From NCBI RefSeq assembly GCF_006345805.1, contig NC_043003.1, forward strand, positions 21,390,001-21,454,000: a DNA stretch of 64,000 nt, in the 5' to 3' direction. Numbering within the stretch: position 1 is the first letter of the stretch; each line of letters opens with the position of its first letter. The stretch comes from Octopus sinensis. Its lineage: Eukaryota. Made by a program: the position numbers and the translations under genes. Positions 63,111-64,000 of the stretch are shown piece after piece. Under the pieces are notes generated by a model. That model saw only the letters and a list, made by a program, of their open reading frames with translations, was not told the DNA's origin and ran no database searches.

Positions 63111-64000
63111 TTTTTTTCCTCTTTCATACACACACACACAATGGGCTTCTTTCAGTTTCCGTCTACCAAATCCACAAGACTTCGGTCAACCCAGAGCTGC
63201 ATTACAAGACATTTGCCCAGAATACTACACAGTGGGACTGAACCCAAAACCATGTAGCTGGAAAGCAAACTTCTTAGCCATACAGGCATGTCTGTGCCTC
63301 TCTACAGATAGATATCTATGTATCTATATTTTGTGTTCTATATATATGTGTACATGTTTGTATACATATATATATATCTATATATGTGTATGTGTTTGAA
63401 TATTTATATTTAGATGTGGTTATGTTTGTGTCTGTATGTGTATATATACTCTCTTTATCCTAGTTATATGCCCTTTTTCCTTGCTGGTAAGTGCTGGATA
63501 AGTTGCCATGTTTTGTACCAGATCCTGTTTACTACCCTTCTAGACAGTTGAGGGACCACACCTCATCTGACCATTCTGTTTTTGACATGGTTTCCAAAAC
63601 TGGATTCCCTTTCTAATACCAACTAATTTACACACACACACATGTACACATATCCACACACACACATACATACATCCATCCATATATATATATATATATA
63701 TATATGTACATATGTAGGCAGGCATGTGTGTATATATACACACACATCCACATGTATGTACAGGCATGATTGTTTGGTTAAGAAATTCATTTCACCACCA
63801 TGTGTTTTGGGTTTCAATTCCACTTTATAGTCCTTGGTTAACCAATGCATTATGAATGCAAGGATTCAGGCAATGCAAATTGTGTGGATACCTGTATTAT
63901 GTATATAGATATGTGTATATATGCCTATGCATAATACGCATGTGTCACTTGTCTCTGCATATTTTCACTTAGATACTCCATGAATCATGTTAATATTGAT

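Overview
Eukaryotic, very AT-rich, microsatellite-saturated animal DNA. The SINE/LINE repertoire points to an octopus (coleoid cephalopod) genome; this is inference, not a database match. Only one protein-coding gene is well supported: the 3' part of a + strand DHHC palmitoyltransferase (Patsas/ZDHHC17-like). Five exons (4839-4935, 39573-39725, 52941-53113, 54476-54641, 55461-55655) splice in frame through GT-AG introns of 34.6, 13.2, 1.4 and 0.8 kb; the N-terminal exons lie before the window. The introns and the downstream flank are filled with three tRNA-headed SINE families, RTE and R4/Dong LINE remnants, a decayed Hsmar1-like mariner, a Helitron Rep remnant, and piggyBac-, pogo- and hAT-type MITEs, often nested. 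The most notable signal is a set of short TA-flanked repeats from several families that carry minimal type I hammerhead-ribozyme architecture with a palindromic stem III (8.4, 28.3 and 62.0 kb, with weaker remnants at 4.6, 17.6 and 31.5 kb), as known for Penelope-like elements. One truncated copy (42.2 kb) begins within 1 nt of the predicted self-cleavage site. Also notable: a perfect 50-bp intronic hairpin, a three-level nested insertion, repeated SINE insertion at the same spot of one MITE family, and a few weak candidate nested or antisense exons. Almost all ORF-track entries are microsatellite artefacts. Repeat boundaries are approximate unless a TSD or TIR is quoted.
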